Assembly (NCBI GenBank): GCA_964580865.1
Contig: CAZONM010000001.1
Coordinates: 2,825 to 66,824, forward strand
Reading direction: 5' to 3'
DNA: 64,000 bases
DNA from: an uncultured Myxococcales bacterium
Lineage (GTDB): Bacteria > Myxococcota > UBA727 > VGSZ01
Positions 18,022-28,342 of the stretch are shown piece after piece. The notes below the pieces were generated by a model, which ran no database searches, was not told the origin of the DNA, and saw only the letters and a program-made list of their open reading frames with translations. The translations under genes were made by a program, and so were the position numbers. Within the stretch, counting starts at the first letter, position 1. Each line of letters begins with the position of its first letter.

Positions 18022-21000
18022 ATGAGCTGGATTCAGGACATCATCTCGCCCGAGACGCGCCAGTGGGAGGAGTTCTACCGGAACCGCTTCCAGCACGACC
18101 GCATCGTGCGCAGCACCCACGGCGTGAACTGCACGGGCGGTTGCTCGTGGCAGATCCACGTCAAGGACGGCATCGTCGTGTGGGAGACGCAGCAGCTCGA
18201 CTACCCGCTGCTCGAGGACTCGCTGCCGCCCTACGAGCCCCGCGGCTGCCAGCGCGGCATCTCGTACTCCTGGTACTTGTACAGCCCGCTGCGCATCAAG
18301 TACCCGCTGATCCGCGGCGCGCTCCTCGACGCGTTCGAGAAGGAGAAGGCGGCCGCCAAGGGTGACGCCGTCGTCGCGTGGGAGAACCTGCAGAAGGATC
18401 CGAAGAAGCGCCAGAGCTACCAGACGGCGCGCGGCAAGGGCGGCTTCCGCCGCACCACGTGGGACACCGTGCTCGAGCTCATGGGCGCGGCCAACATCTA
18501 CACCGCCAAGAAGTACGGCCCCGATCGCGTGTTCGGCTTCTCGCCCATCCCGGCGATGTCGATGCTCTCCTACGCGGCGGGCGCGCGCTTCCTGCAGCTG
18601 TTCGGCGGCGTCAACCTGAGCTTCTACGACTGGTACTGCGACCTGCCCACGGCGTTCCCCGAGATCTGGGGCGAGCAGACCGACGTGTGCGAGAGCGCCG
18701 ACTGGTACAACTCGAAGCTCATCGCCGACATGGGCGCGTGCCTCAACATGACGCGCACGCCCGACTGCCACTTCTTCGCCGAGGCGCGCCACAACGGCAC
18801 CAAGGCGGTGGTGTTCTCGCCGGACTTCAGCCAGGTCTGCAAGTACGCCGATCAGTGGGTGCCCCTGCACGCCGGCAGCGACGCGGCGTTCTGGATGGCC
18901 ACCACGCACGTGGTGCTCAAGGAGTTCCACCACGACAAGGCCACGCCGTACTTCATCGACTACTGCAAGAAGTACACGGACAGCCCGTACCTGGTGCACC
19001 TCGACAAGGAGGGCGATCACTACAAGCCCGGTCGCCTGGTGCGCGCCAACGAGATCGCCAAGTGGAAGGATCTCGACAACGGCGACTGGAAGTTCCTGAA
19101 CATCGACGGCAAGTCGAACGAGCTCGTCATCCCCAAGGGCAGCATGGGCCACCGCTGGGACAAGACCCAGGGCAACTGGAACATGCTCCACGAGAACGCG
19201 GCCGACAACAAGCCGTACGACCCGATGCTGACGCTGCTCGGCAACCGCGACGACACGCTCGCCTGCGAGTTCACCGAGTTCGGCCTCGACAAGACCGTGC
19301 TGCGCAACGTGCCCGTGCGCATGCTCGAGACCGCCAACGGCAAGGTGCCGGTCACCACGGTGTACGACCTGATCATGGGTCAGTACGGCGTGGGCCGCGG
19401 GCTGCCGGGTGACTACCCGAAGGACTACACCGACAAGAACCAGGCCTACACGCCGGCGTGGCAGGAGATCTTCACCGGCATCGACTCGAAGACGGTGCTG
19501 CAGTTCGCGCGCGAGTGGGCCAACACCGCCGAGACCACGCAAGGCAAGTGCATGGTCATCGTCGGCGCCGGCATCAACCACTGGTACCACGCGAACCTGA
19601 TGTACCGCTCGGCGGCCATGGCGCTGATGCTGTGCGGCTGCGTGGGTCGCAATGGTGGCGGCCTCAACCACTACGTCGGGCAAGAGAAGCTGGCGCCCGT
19701 CGACTCGTGGGCGTCCATCGCGTTCGCCAAGGACTGGCAGGGCCCGAGCCGCCTGCAGCAGGCGCCCCTGTGGCACTACATCAACACCTGCCAGTACCGC
19801 TACGACGGGCAGTTCTCCCGCTACAACGCCGTGCCGAAGAACGAGCGCACGTCGATGCACACGGCGGACACGATCTTCCAGTCGGTGCGCAACGGCTGGA
19901 TGCCCTTCTACCCGCAGTTCGAGGCTAGCCCCATCGAGCTGTGCAAGGACGCGGAGAAGGCCGGCGCCAAGAGCGACGCCGACATCGTCAACCACGTGGT
20001 GGGCAAGCTGAAGGACAAGTCGCTCGGCTACTCGGTCGGCGACCCCGACAGCGAGAAGAACTTCCCGCGCGTTTGGTACATCTGGCGCGGCAACGCGATC
20101 ATGGGCTCCATGAAGGGCCACGAGTACGCGCTCAAGCACTACTTGGGCACGCACTCGAACGCCATCGGCAAGGACAGCGACGAGCACCCGAAGGAAGTGA
20201 AGTGGCACGACGTCGCGCCCACCGGCAAGATGGACCTGATCGTCGACCTGAACTTCCGCATGGATTCGTCGGCGCTCTACTCCGACATCGTGCTGCCGGC
20301 GGCCTCTTGGTACGAGAAGGCCGACCTGAACTCGACCGACCTGCACTCGTTCATCCACCCGCTCTCGGCCGCCGTCGCCCCCGTGTGGGAGTCGAAGTCC
20401 GACTGGGAGATCTTCAAGGCGCTCGCCAAGGCGACCTCCGACGCCGCCAAGGTGCACCTGCCCGGCGTGCAGAAGGACATCGTGGCCACGCCGCTGTCCC
20501 ACGACAGCGCCGATGAGATCACGCAGCCGCGCATCAAGGATTGGTATCGCGGCGAGTGCGAGCCCGTGCCCGGCAAGTCGATGCACAAGCTCGGCGTGGT
20601 CGAGCGCGACTACACGAAGCTGTACGAGAAGTACGTCACGTACGGCGAGGGCGTCCGCAAGAGCGGCCTCGGCGCGCACGGCACGCACTACCGGTGCGAG
20701 GAGGAGTACGACCAGCTCCTCTCGTCGAACCACTTCCCGAAGGAGACGTTCAACGGCAAGGTCTATCCGTCGCTCAAGGAGGACAACCAGGCGGCCAACG
20801 TGCTCCTGCACATGTCCACCCTGACCAACGGCGCCTGCACCGTGAAGGCGTACCAGGAGATGGAGAAGAAGACCGGCCTGAAGCTGGTCGACCTCGCCGC
20901 CGGCTCCGAGGACGTGCGCATCACCTACGAGGACCTGCAGGCGCAGCCGCGGCGCTACAACACGGCGCCGGCGTGGTCGGGCCTGATGAACAACGGCCGC

Positions 21001-21639
21001 GCCTACGCGCCCTACACGTACAACTACGACAAGATGGTGCCGTGGCGCACGCTGACGGGCCGCCAGCACTTCTACCTCGACCAGGATCTGTACCTGGCCT
21101 ACGGCGAGCACCTGCCCACCTACAAGCCCTCGCCCAAGCCCGAGGCTTACGGTGACCTGAAGGAGACGTTGAAGGGTGGCCAGGCGCTGGCGCTCAACTG
21201 CCTGACGCCGCACGGCAAGTGGCACATCCACTCGACGTACATGGAGAACCACCGGATGCTCACCCTGTCGCGCGGCTGCGAGCCGTGCTGGATGAGCGAG
21301 GTGGACGCGCAGCAGCTCGGTATCCAGGACAACGACTGGGTCGAGGTCTACAACGACCACGGCGTGTACTGCACGCGCGCGTCGGTGAGCTCGCGTATCC
21401 CGCGCGGCGTGTGCATCGTGTACCACGTGCCCGAGCGCACCGTGGGCATCCCGAAGTCGCAGGTGCGCGGCAATCGGCGCGCCGGCGGTCACAACAGCTT
21501 TACGCGTATCCACCTCAAGCCCAACTACTTGAGCGGCGGCTACGGGCAGTTCAGCTACCACTTCAACTACTGGGGTCCCATTGCGCCGCAGCGGGACACG
21601 CACGTGGTCGTGAAGAAAATGACCAAGGTCGTCTTCTGA
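18022..21639 (+). CDS. narG: respiratory nitrate reductase alpha subunit NarG
   Basis: 1205 aa; N-terminal [11 protein letters not shown] Fe-S motif and molybdopterin-oxidoreductase domains along the full length. Confidence 0.97.
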   Translation: MSWIQDIISPETRQWEEFYRNRFQHDRIVRSTHGVNCTGGCSWQIHVKDGIVVWETQQLDYPLLEDSLPPYEPRGCQRGISYSWYLYSPLRIKYPLIRGALLDAFEKEKAAAKGDAVVAWENLQKDPKKRQSYQTARGKGGFRRTTWDTVLELMGAANIYTAKKYGPDRVFGFSPIPAMSMLSYAAGARFLQLFGGVNLSFYDWYCDLPTAFPEIWGEQTDVCESADWYNSKLIADMGACLNMTRTPDCHFFAEARHNGTKAVVFSPDFSQVCKYADQWVPLHAGSDAAFWMATTHVVLKEFHHDKATPYFIDYCKKYTDSPYLVHLDKEGDHYKPGRLVRANEIAKWKDLDNGDWKFLNIDGKSNELVIPKGSMGHRWDKTQGNWNMLHENAADNKPYDPMLTLLGNRDDTLACEFTEFGLDKTVLRNVPVRMLETANGKVPVTTVYDLIMGQYGVGRGLPGDYPKDYTDKNQAYTPAWQEIFTGIDSKTVLQFAREWANTAETTQGKCMVIVGAGINHWYHANLMYRSAAMALMLCGCVGRNGGGLNHYVGQEKLAPVDSWASIAFAKDWQGPSRLQQAPLWHYINTCQYRYDGQFSRYNAVPKNERTSMHTADTIFQSVRNGWMPFYPQFEASPIELCKDAEKAGAKSDADIVNHVVGKLKDKSLGYSVGDPDSEKNFPRVWYIWRGNAIMGSMKGHEYALKHYLGTHSNAIGKDSDEHPKEVKWHDVAPTGKMDLIVDLNFRMDSSALYSDIVLPAASWYEKADLNSTDLHSFIHPLSAAVAPVWESKSDWEIFKALAKATSDAAKVHLPGVQKDIVATPLSHDSADEITQPRIKDWYRGECEPVPGKSMHKLGVVERDYTKLYEKYVTYGEGVRKSGLGAHGTHYRCEEEYDQLLSSNHFPKETFNGKVYPSLKEDNQAANVLLHMSTLTNGACTVKAYQEMEKKTGLKLVDLAAGSEDVRITYEDLQAQPRRYNTAPAWSGLMNNGRAYAPYTYNYDKMVPWRTLTGRQHFYLDQDLYLAYGEHLPTYKPSPKPEAYGDLKETLKGGQALALNCLTPHGKWHIHSTYMENHRMLTLSRGCEPCWMSEVDAQQLGIQDNDWVEVYNDHGVYCTRASVSSRIPRGVCIVYHVPERTVGIPKSQVRGNRRAGGHNSFTRIHLKPNYLSGGYGQFSYHFNYWGPIAPQRDTHVVVKKMTKVVF

Positions 21640-21652
21640 GGAGAGGTGAGAG

Positions 21653-23203
21653 ATGGATATCAGAGCGCAAACGGCGGTGGTCTTTCACCTCGACAAGTGC
21701 ATCGGCTGCCACACCTGTTCGATCGCGTGCAAGAACATCTGGACCGATCGTAAGGGTGCCGAGTACCAGTGGTGGAACAACGTCGAGACCAAGCCCGGCA
21801 CGGGCTATCCCGGCAAGTGGGAAGACCAGAGCATCTACAACGGCGGTTGGGTCAAGGACGCGAACGGTCGCATCCAGCTCAAGGGCGCCGGCAAGAAGAA
21901 GGGCCTGCTCAACATCTTCCACAACCCGTCGTTGCCGACGGTGGAGGACTACTACGAGCCCTTCACGTACAACTACCTGAACCTGATCGAGGCGCCCCCG
22001 GGCAACGATCAGCCCACGGCGCGCCCGGTCTCGCTCATCACCGGTGAGCCCATCGACGTGAAGATGGGTCCCAACTGGGACGACGACCTGTCGGGCACGC
22101 CCGACTATGCGCGGAACGACCCGAACCTCGCGGCGCTCACGCCCGCCGAGCGCCAGGCGATGTTCCAGCTCGAGCGCATGGCGTTCTTCTACCTGCCGCG
22201 CATCTGCAACCACTGCCTGAACCCGGGCTGCGTGGCGTCGTGCCCGTCGGGCGCCATCTACAAGCGCGGTGAGGACGGCGTCGTCCTCATCAACCAGAAG
22301 GTGTGCCGCGCCTGGCGCATGTGCGTCACCGCGTGCCCCTACAAGAAGAGCTACTACAACTGGCACACCGGCAAGTCCGAGAAGTGCATCCTGTGCTACC
22401 CGCGCATGGAGGCGGGCTACGCGCCCGCGTGCATGCACTCGTGCGTCGGTCGCATCCGCTACATCGGCGTCATCCTGTACGACGCCGACAAGATCGAGGC
22501 GGCGGCGTCGGCGGAGCCGAAGGACCTGGTGGCCCGTCAGCTCGACCTGTTGATGGACCCGTTCGACGACAAGGTGATCGCCGCGGCCAAGGCCAACGGC
22601 ATCGCCGACTCGACCATCAAGGCCGCGCAGAACTCGCCCACCTTCAAGTTCATCAAGCAGTGGGGCATGGCGCTGCCGCTGCACCCCGAGTTCCGCACGC
22701 TGCCGATGCTGTGGTACGTGCCCCCGCTCCTCCCCGTCATGGCGTCGGTCACCCAGACCGACGGCGCGCAGAAGGAGAAGCTCAACCCCATCGCCAAGAC
22801 CTGGACCGACAACTGGCTCTACGACACCTCCACCGAGGAGCTGTGGGGCACGGTCGAGCAGGCGCGCTTCCCGCTCAAGTACCTCGCGAGCCTGTTCGCG
22901 GCGGGCGAGACCGGCGAGGTCTCGATGCGCCTGAAGAAGCTGATGGCGGTGCGCATCTACCGTCGTTGGAAGACCGTGGGCGACATCCCCGAGGCGCGCA
23001 TGACCAAGGCGCTCAAGGAGACGGGCCTCACGCAGGAGTCGGCCGAGGCGATCTTCTATTTGACCGCGCTCGCCAAGTTCAACGATCGCTTCGTCATCCC
23101 GCCCGCGCACCGCGAGCAGGCGATGGAGATGCTCGAGTTCACCGGCGACGTGAAGGGCTCCACGGGCTTCGGCTTCCGTGAGAAGCCCGAGCGAGGCATG
23201 TGA
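21653..23203 (+). CDS. narH: respiratory nitrate reductase beta subunit NarH
   Basis: 516 aa; four Cys clusters (CIGCHTCSIACK, CNHCLNPGCVASCP, CRAWRMCVTACP, CILCYPR...). Confidence 0.97.
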   Translation: MDIRAQTAVVFHLDKCIGCHTCSIACKNIWTDRKGAEYQWWNNVETKPGTGYPGKWEDQSIYNGGWVKDANGRIQLKGAGKKKGLLNIFHNPSLPTVEDYYEPFTYNYLNLIEAPPGNDQPTARPVSLITGEPIDVKMGPNWDDDLSGTPDYARNDPNLAALTPAERQAMFQLERMAFFYLPRICNHCLNPGCVASCPSGAIYKRGEDGVVLINQKVCRAWRMCVTACPYKKSYYNWHTGKSEKCILCYPRMEAGYAPACMHSCVGRIRYIGVILYDADKIEAAASAEPKDLVARQLDLLMDPFDDKVIAAAKANGIADSTIKAAQNSPTFKFIKQWGMALPLHPEFRTLPMLWYVPPLLPVMASVTQTDGAQKEKLNPIAKTWTDNWLYDTSTEELWGTVEQARFPLKYLASLFAAGETGEVSMRLKKLMAVRIYRRWKTVGDIPEARMTKALKETGLTQESAEAIFYLTALAKFNDRFVIPPAHREQAMEMLEFTGDVKGSTGFGFREKPERGM

Positions 23204-23898
23204 TGCTGCGCGTATCCCTCTACGACGCGCTCGCCGCGGTCTTCGCCCACCCAGGTCCGAGCTACCTCTCGGACCTGGCGCGGGCCATCACCGCGCTCGA
23301 GCACGAGTACCCCAAGGCCGCGGAGCAGCTGCGCGAGCTCGAGCGCCTCTTGCCCAAGGGCAACGCGCTCGCGCTCGAGGAGCTGTTCACCCGCACGTTC
23401 GACGTGCAGCCCATCACGTCGCTCGACGTGGGCTACACGCTGTTCGGTGAGGACTACAAGCGCGGCGCGCTGCTCGCAAACCTGAGCCGCGAGCACACGG
23501 TCGCGAAGAACGACTGCGGCGCCGAGCTGGCCGACAACCTCGGCAACGTGCTGCGCCTCTTGCCCCGCTGGACCGACGCCGCCGTGCGCGACGAGTTCGT
23601 GCACGTGCTGCTCGGCCGAGCGGTGGCGGAGATGATCCGCGAGTTCGAGCCCGCGCGACTCGCGAAGAAGGAAGAGATCTACAAGAAGCACCACAAGACC
23701 ATCATCGAGACCTTCGAGGGTGAGACGCGCGTGGCGTACCGCCACGCGCTCGGTGCGCTGTTCACGGTGCTCAAGGCCGACTTCGGCGTGAAGGTCGGGC
23801 TGCCCGTCGCCAACGAGTCGACGTTCGTCGCCGCCGTGGGCGCCGAGATGGGCATCGAGGGCGACGAGAGCTGCAACTCCTCCTGTGGCGTGAAGTGA
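23200..23898 (+). CDS. narJ: nitrate reductase molybdenum cofactor assembly chaperone NarJ
   Basis: 232 aa; start overlaps the narH stop (ATGA); NarJ/TorD family in the canonical position between narH and narI. Confidence 0.85.
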   Translation: MMLRVSLYDALAAVFAHPGPSYLSDLARAITALEHEYPKAAEQLRELERLLPKGNALALEELFTRTFDVQPITSLDVGYTLFGEDYKRGALLANLSREHTVAKNDCGAELADNLGNVLRLLPRWTDAAVRDEFVHVLLGRAVAEMIREFEPARLAKKEEIYKKHHKTIIETFEGETRVAYRHALGALFTVLKADFGVKVGLPVANESTFVAAVGAEMGIEGDESCNSSCGVK

Positions 23899-23905
23899 GA
23901 GGTAC

Positions 23906-24637
23906 GTGATGGAACTGTCGAACGTCTTTCTGTTCGTGGGCTTGCCCTACGCCGCGATGGTGATCTTCCTCCTGGGGACCATCCAGCGCTACCGCAACAA
24001 GGGCTTCAAGGTGTCGTCGTTGTCCTCGCAGTTCCTCGAGGGCAGGGCGCTGTTCTGGGGCATCGTGCCCTTCCACTTCGGCATCCTGGTGCTGTTCCTC
24101 GGCCACCTGTCGGCGTTCCTGCTGCCTGGTCCCACGCTCATGTGGAACGCCGACCCGATGCGGCTCATCACGCTCGAGATCACGGCCTTCGCCTTCGGCC
24201 TGTCCACGCTCGTGGGCTTGGCAGCGCTGTTCGTGCGCCGCCTCACCAACGTGCGCATCAAGATGGTGACGACGAAGATGGACATCTTCCTCGAGCTCCT
24301 GCTCTTGGTGCAGGTGGTGTTCGGCCTGTGGGTGGCCGTGGGCTATCGCTGGGGCTCGTCGTGGTTCGCCGCCGACCTGACTCCCTACCTGTGGTCGCTG
24401 TTCAAGGCCGACCCAAACATCCTGGCCGTGAGCGCCATGCCGTGGCCCATCAAGGTCCACATCGTGGGCGCGTGGCTCATCATCGGCATCTTCCCCTACA
24501 CCCGCCTCGTGCACTTCCTGGTGGCGCCGCTGCACTACATCACCCGTCCCTACCAGCGCGTGATGTGGAACTGGGATCGCAAGGCCATCCGCGACCCGCG
24601 CACGCCGTGGAGCGCGATGCGCCCGAAGAACAACTGA
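23906..24637 (+). CDS. narI: respiratory nitrate reductase gamma subunit NarI (dihaem cytochrome b)
   Basis: 243 aa; 5 TM helices with conserved His residues (HFGILVLFLGH, ...HIVGAWL...HFL). Confidence 0.9.
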   Translation: MMELSNVFLFVGLPYAAMVIFLLGTIQRYRNKGFKVSSLSSQFLEGRALFWGIVPFHFGILVLFLGHLSAFLLPGPTLMWNADPMRLITLEITAFAFGLSTLVGLAALFVRRLTNVRIKMVTTKMDIFLELLLLVQVVFGLWVAVGYRWGSSWFAADLTPYLWSLFKADPNILAVSAMPWPIKVHIVGAWLIIGIFPYTRLVHFLVAPLHYITRPYQRVMWNWDRKAIRDPRTPWSAMRPKNN

Positions 24638-24656
24638 CGACCAAGGCCATGCCGAC

Positions 24657-25343
24657 GTGAGCGATCTGATCCAGATTGGCGATAAGGGCGGTGATCCCGT
24701 CCGTCGGCAAGAAGAGCGGGGCTGCGACCAGCCCGACGGTCTCAGCCCCATGGACCCGCCCGACGCGTACGCGCCGCCGGGCGAGGTCCCGGGCGACGAG
24801 GCCGACCTCGCGAAGCGCCATGGCTACCTGCGCGCGCTCACGGGTGACCACGCGCGACTGATGGAGGCCATGGCGCTCGTCGAGGAGAAGCTCGCCAACG
24901 TGAGGGAGACGGGCTTCACGCAGGCCGCCGACGTGGCGGTGATGCGCTTTCTGGAGACCTTCGACCGCGAGTTCATCGCGCACAGCCGCGAGGAAGAGGC
25001 GCGGCTGTTCCCGCTCTTGCACGAGCGCCTCATCGCCGCCGGTGAGCACAGCAAGAGCCGCGTGATCACCACGGCCATCGACGTGATGAAGGACGAGCAC
25101 CTGAAGGCGGTGCAGCTCGCCGCCGTGGTGCTCAACCTGGTGCGCGTGGCGTCGGTGCTGCCCGACGAGAAGTCGGCGCAGCTCGTGGTCAACGCCGCGC
25201 TCGGCGAGCTCACGAAGCTCGTCGAGCTCTTGCGCCTGCACATCTTCCGCGAGGACGGCATCGTCTTTGCTCGTGCGCAGGGCCTGCTCTCCACCGCCGA
25301 GCTCGACGCCATGGGCGCCGCCGGCAGGAGACGCGACGGGTAG
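24657..25343 (+). CDS. hemerythrin-like (HHE cation-binding) domain protein
   Basis: 228 aa; H-x-x-x-E / HxE spacing (AHSREEEARLFPLLHERL, MKDEHL); embedded between narI and narK. Confidence 0.6.
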   Translation: MSDLIQIGDKGGDPVRRQEERGCDQPDGLSPMDPPDAYAPPGEVPGDEADLAKRHGYLRALTGDHARLMEAMALVEEKLANVRETGFTQAADVAVMRFLETFDREFIAHSREEEARLFPLLHERLIAAGEHSKSRVITTAIDVMKDEHLKAVQLAAVVLNLVRVASVLPDEKSAQLVVNAALGELTKLVELLRLHIFREDGIVFARAQGLLSTAELDAMGAAGRRRDG

Positions 25344-25358
25344 AAGAGGTCCTGCGTC

Positions 25359-26876
25359 ATGGAAGAAGTCGCGAGCGCCAAGTCACACAAGGCCCTGGTG
25401 CTAAACACCCTCGCGTTCACCGCCTGCTTCGCGGCGTGGATGCTGAACGGTGTGTTGGTCACGTTCCTCACCAACAACCAGGTGTACCCGTGGGGGCCCG
25501 TCGAGATCGGCTGGCTCATGGGCATCCCCGTGTTGACGGGCTCGCTCTTCCGCCTGCCTGCCGGGCTCCTCACCGACAAGTACGGCGGCAAGCCCGTGTT
25601 CACGGCCATGCTGATGTTCTGCGCGGTGCCCATGTACCTGCTGAGCACCGTCGACTCCTTCCTCGGCTTCGCTCTGTGTAGCTTCGGCTTCGGGCTCACG
25701 GGTGTGGGCTTCTCTATCGGCATCGCGTTCACCTCGGTGTGGTACCCGAAGAAGAACCAAGGCACGGCGCTGGGCATCTTTGGCGCCGGCAACGCCGGCG
25801 CGTCGCTGTCGACGCTGTTCGCGCCCACGCTGCTCAACCGCTTCACCAACGGCGGCGTCGACCTCGAGGGCTGGCGCATGTTGCCGAAGGTGTACGCGGC
25901 GATGCTGCTCGGCATCGGCGTGTTGTTCCTGATCTTCTCCACCAACAAGAAGCCGACCGCGACGAAGCTGACCCTCAAGCAGCAGCTCGAGCCCCTCAAG
26001 TCGGTGCGCGTGTGGCGCTTCGGCCTCTACTACTTCCTGGTGTTCGGGTGCTTCGTCGCGTTCTCGCAGTGGCTGGTGCCGTACTTCGTCAACGCCTACT
26101 ACATGCCGCTCGTCACCGCCGGCATCCTGGCCTCACTCTTCAGCTTCCCCTCGGGCGTGATCCGCGCGCTCGGCGGTTGGCTGTCGGACAAGTTCGGCGC
26201 GCGCCGCGTGATGTTCTGGGTGTTCGCCACCTCGTGCATCATCAGCGCCGCCGTCATCGTGCCGAAGATGGAGATCTACTCGCCCGGCCGCGGCGTCATG
26301 GCCATGCGCCCGGGCGTGGTGAGCGAGGTGAACTACGGCAGCATCACCGTGGGTCCCGACACCTACAAGCTCCAGCCCAAGCCCACCGAGCTCAAGACCT
26401 ACGACGAGACCATGGCCATCTTCCCCGGCAAGGAGACGTGGCAGGAGCCCGCCGTGGTGGTGGGGCAGAAGGTGCAGAAGCGCGAGCTCTTGGCCAAGGG
26501 CGTCACGCGCATCTTCTTTCAAGCCAACGTGTGGATCTACGCGTTCCTGGTCATGGTCATCGGCATCATCTGGGGCATCGGCAAGGCCGGCGTCTACAAG
26601 TACATCCCCGACTACTTCCCGCAGCAGGTGGGCGTGGTCGGCGGCATGGTCGGCGTCATCGGCGGCCTCGGGGGCTTCGTGTGCCCCATCCTGTTCGGCT
26701 ACCTGCTCGACTGGACCGGCCTGTGGACGAGCTGCTGGATGCTGATGCTGGCGCTGTCGATCGCATGCCTGTGGTGGATGCTGCGCGTGGTGCGCATCAT
26801 CGAGAAGAACGCCGCGCCCCAAGTGGCGCAGAGCTTCGAGCAGACGCCCGAGAAGCCAAGCAGCAACGGTTCGTGA
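25359..26876 (+). CDS. narK: nitrate/nitrite transporter NarK (MFS, NNP family), NarK1-type
   Basis: 505 aa; 12-TM MFS with NNP signature (GFGLTGVGFSIGIAFTSVWYP, GIFGAGNAGAS). Confidence 0.9.
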   Translation: MEEVASAKSHKALVLNTLAFTACFAAWMLNGVLVTFLTNNQVYPWGPVEIGWLMGIPVLTGSLFRLPAGLLTDKYGGKPVFTAMLMFCAVPMYLLSTVDSFLGFALCSFGFGLTGVGFSIGIAFTSVWYPKKNQGTALGIFGAGNAGASLSTLFAPTLLNRFTNGGVDLEGWRMLPKVYAAMLLGIGVLFLIFSTNKKPTATKLTLKQQLEPLKSVRVWRFGLYYFLVFGCFVAFSQWLVPYFVNAYYMPLVTAGILASLFSFPSGVIRALGGWLSDKFGARRVMFWVFATSCIISAAVIVPKMEIYSPGRGVMAMRPGVVSEVNYGSITVGPDTYKLQPKPTELKTYDETMAIFPGKETWQEPAVVVGQKVQKRELLAKGVTRIFFQANVWIYAFLVMVIGIIWGIGKAGVYKYIPDYFPQQVGVVGGMVGVIGGLGGFVCPILFGYLLDWTGLWTSCWMLMLALSIACLWWMLRVVRIIEKNAAPQVAQSFEQTPEKPSSNGS

Positions 26877-26898
26877 CGCGACGAGCGCGTGTGGAGGC

Positions 26899-28341
26899 AT
26901 GATGACGACGAGCACGGCAGCGGAAGGCGCGCGGGTGGGTGGGCTTGCGGGGTGGCTGCCGGCGTGGGCGCCCGAGGACGCGCAGTTCTGGGCCGCCGAG
27001 GGCAAGAGGCGCGCGTGGCTCACGCTCACGCTCACCACGCTCGGGCTCATCGCGTCGTTCGCCACCTGGTTCGTCTTCAGCGCGGTGGCCGTGCGCCTGC
27101 CGAACATCGGCTTCACGTTCGACACCATGCAGCTGTTCTGGTTGAGCGCCATGCCCGGGCTCTCGGGCGGCTCGCTGCGGCTCATCCACAGCTTCCTCAC
27201 GCCCATCTACGGCACGCGCCTCACGGTGTCGGTGGCGACCTTCCTCAAGATCTTCCCCATGCTCTGGCTCGGCGTCGCGGTGCAGAACCCCGACACGCCC
27301 TACTCGAGCTTCCTCATCATCGCGTTCCTGTGCGGCATGGGCGGCGGCGACTTCTCGTCGTTCATGCCCTCGACGTCGATGTTCTTTCCGAAGCGCCTGC
27401 AGGGCACGGCGCTCGGCCTGCAGGCCGGCATTGGCAACCTCGGCGTGTCGATCGTGCAGTTCGTGACGCCGTGGATCATCGGCTTCCCGCTGTTGTCGGC
27501 CTTCGGCGGGCCGCAGCCCTTCGTCAAGGGCGAGGTGCACAAGGACATCTGGCTGCAGAACGCGGCCTTCTGGTACGTGCCCTACCTCGCGCTCGCGGGC
27601 GTGCTGTGCTTCATGTTCTTGCGCTCGGTGCCGGGCAAGAAGCCGGCGGTGGGCGACATGTTGAAGAGCATGGTGAGCGACCGCCACGTGTGGTTCTGCG
27701 TCATCACCTACGTCATGACCTTCGGCACCTTCTCGGGGCTCGCGGCCGCCTTCCCGCTCATGATCAAGTCGATCTACGGCGGCTTCCCCGACGCGCCCGA
27801 CCCGCTCAAGTACGCCTTCCTCGGCCCGCTGGTCGGCTCCGCCGTGCGCTTCATCGGCGGGCCGCTGGCCGACAAGTTCGGCGGCAGCATCTGGACCCAG
27901 ATCTCCGGCGCCGGCCTCATCCTCGGCAGCCTGGCGCTCATCTTCGGCGGCTACCTGACGCCCACGGGCCTCGAGCAATTCTCGGGCTTCGTGTGGATCA
28001 TGCTCTTCCTCTTCCTCTCGGCCGGCATCGGCAACTTCGCCACCTTCCGCCAGTACCCCATCGTCTTCGCGTACGACGCCAGGAAGGGTGCGCAGGTGCT
28101 CGGCTGGACGGGCGCCTGGGCCGCCTACGGCCCCCTGCTGTTCTCGTCGCTGATCGGTGCGAGCATCTCGACGTTCGGCTCGGCCAAGGCCTTCTTCTGG
28201 GGCGCTTGCGCCTTCTTCGTCGTCGGCAGCGCCATCAACTGGTGGTGCTACACGCGGCCGGGCGGCGAGCGCTGCGACTACGGCTCATGGAAGGGCACGT
28301 GGTGGGACAAGGCCAAGGACACCTGGCCCACCAAGAGCTGA
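26899..28341 (+). CDS. narK: second nitrate/nitrite transporter, NarK2-type antiporter (MFS, NNP family)
   Basis: 480 aa; MFS NNP signature (GMGGGDFSSFMPSTSMFFPKRLQGTALGLQAGIGNLG); tandem narK1-narK2 layout. Confidence 0.9.
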   Translation: MMTTSTAAEGARVGGLAGWLPAWAPEDAQFWAAEGKRRAWLTLTLTTLGLIASFATWFVFSAVAVRLPNIGFTFDTMQLFWLSAMPGLSGGSLRLIHSFLTPIYGTRLTVSVATFLKIFPMLWLGVAVQNPDTPYSSFLIIAFLCGMGGGDFSSFMPSTSMFFPKRLQGTALGLQAGIGNLGVSIVQFVTPWIIGFPLLSAFGGPQPFVKGEVHKDIWLQNAAFWYVPYLALAGVLCFMFLRSVPGKKPAVGDMLKSMVSDRHVWFCVITYVMTFGTFSGLAAAFPLMIKSIYGGFPDAPDPLKYAFLGPLVGSAVRFIGGPLADKFGGSIWTQISGAGLILGSLALIFGGYLTPTGLEQFSGFVWIMLFLFLSAGIGNFATFRQYPIVFAYDARKGAQVLGWTGAWAAYGPLLFSSLIGASISTFGSAKAFFWGACAFFVVGSAINWWCYTRPGGERCDYGSWKGTWWDKAKDTWPTKS

Positions 28342-28342
28342 C

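Noticed and set aside
17932-21603. 1223-aa ORF on the - strand
   Set aside because: Antisense to narG over its whole length; there are no domain-like features. Long stop-free antisense frames are expected at ~70% GC with biased codon usage.
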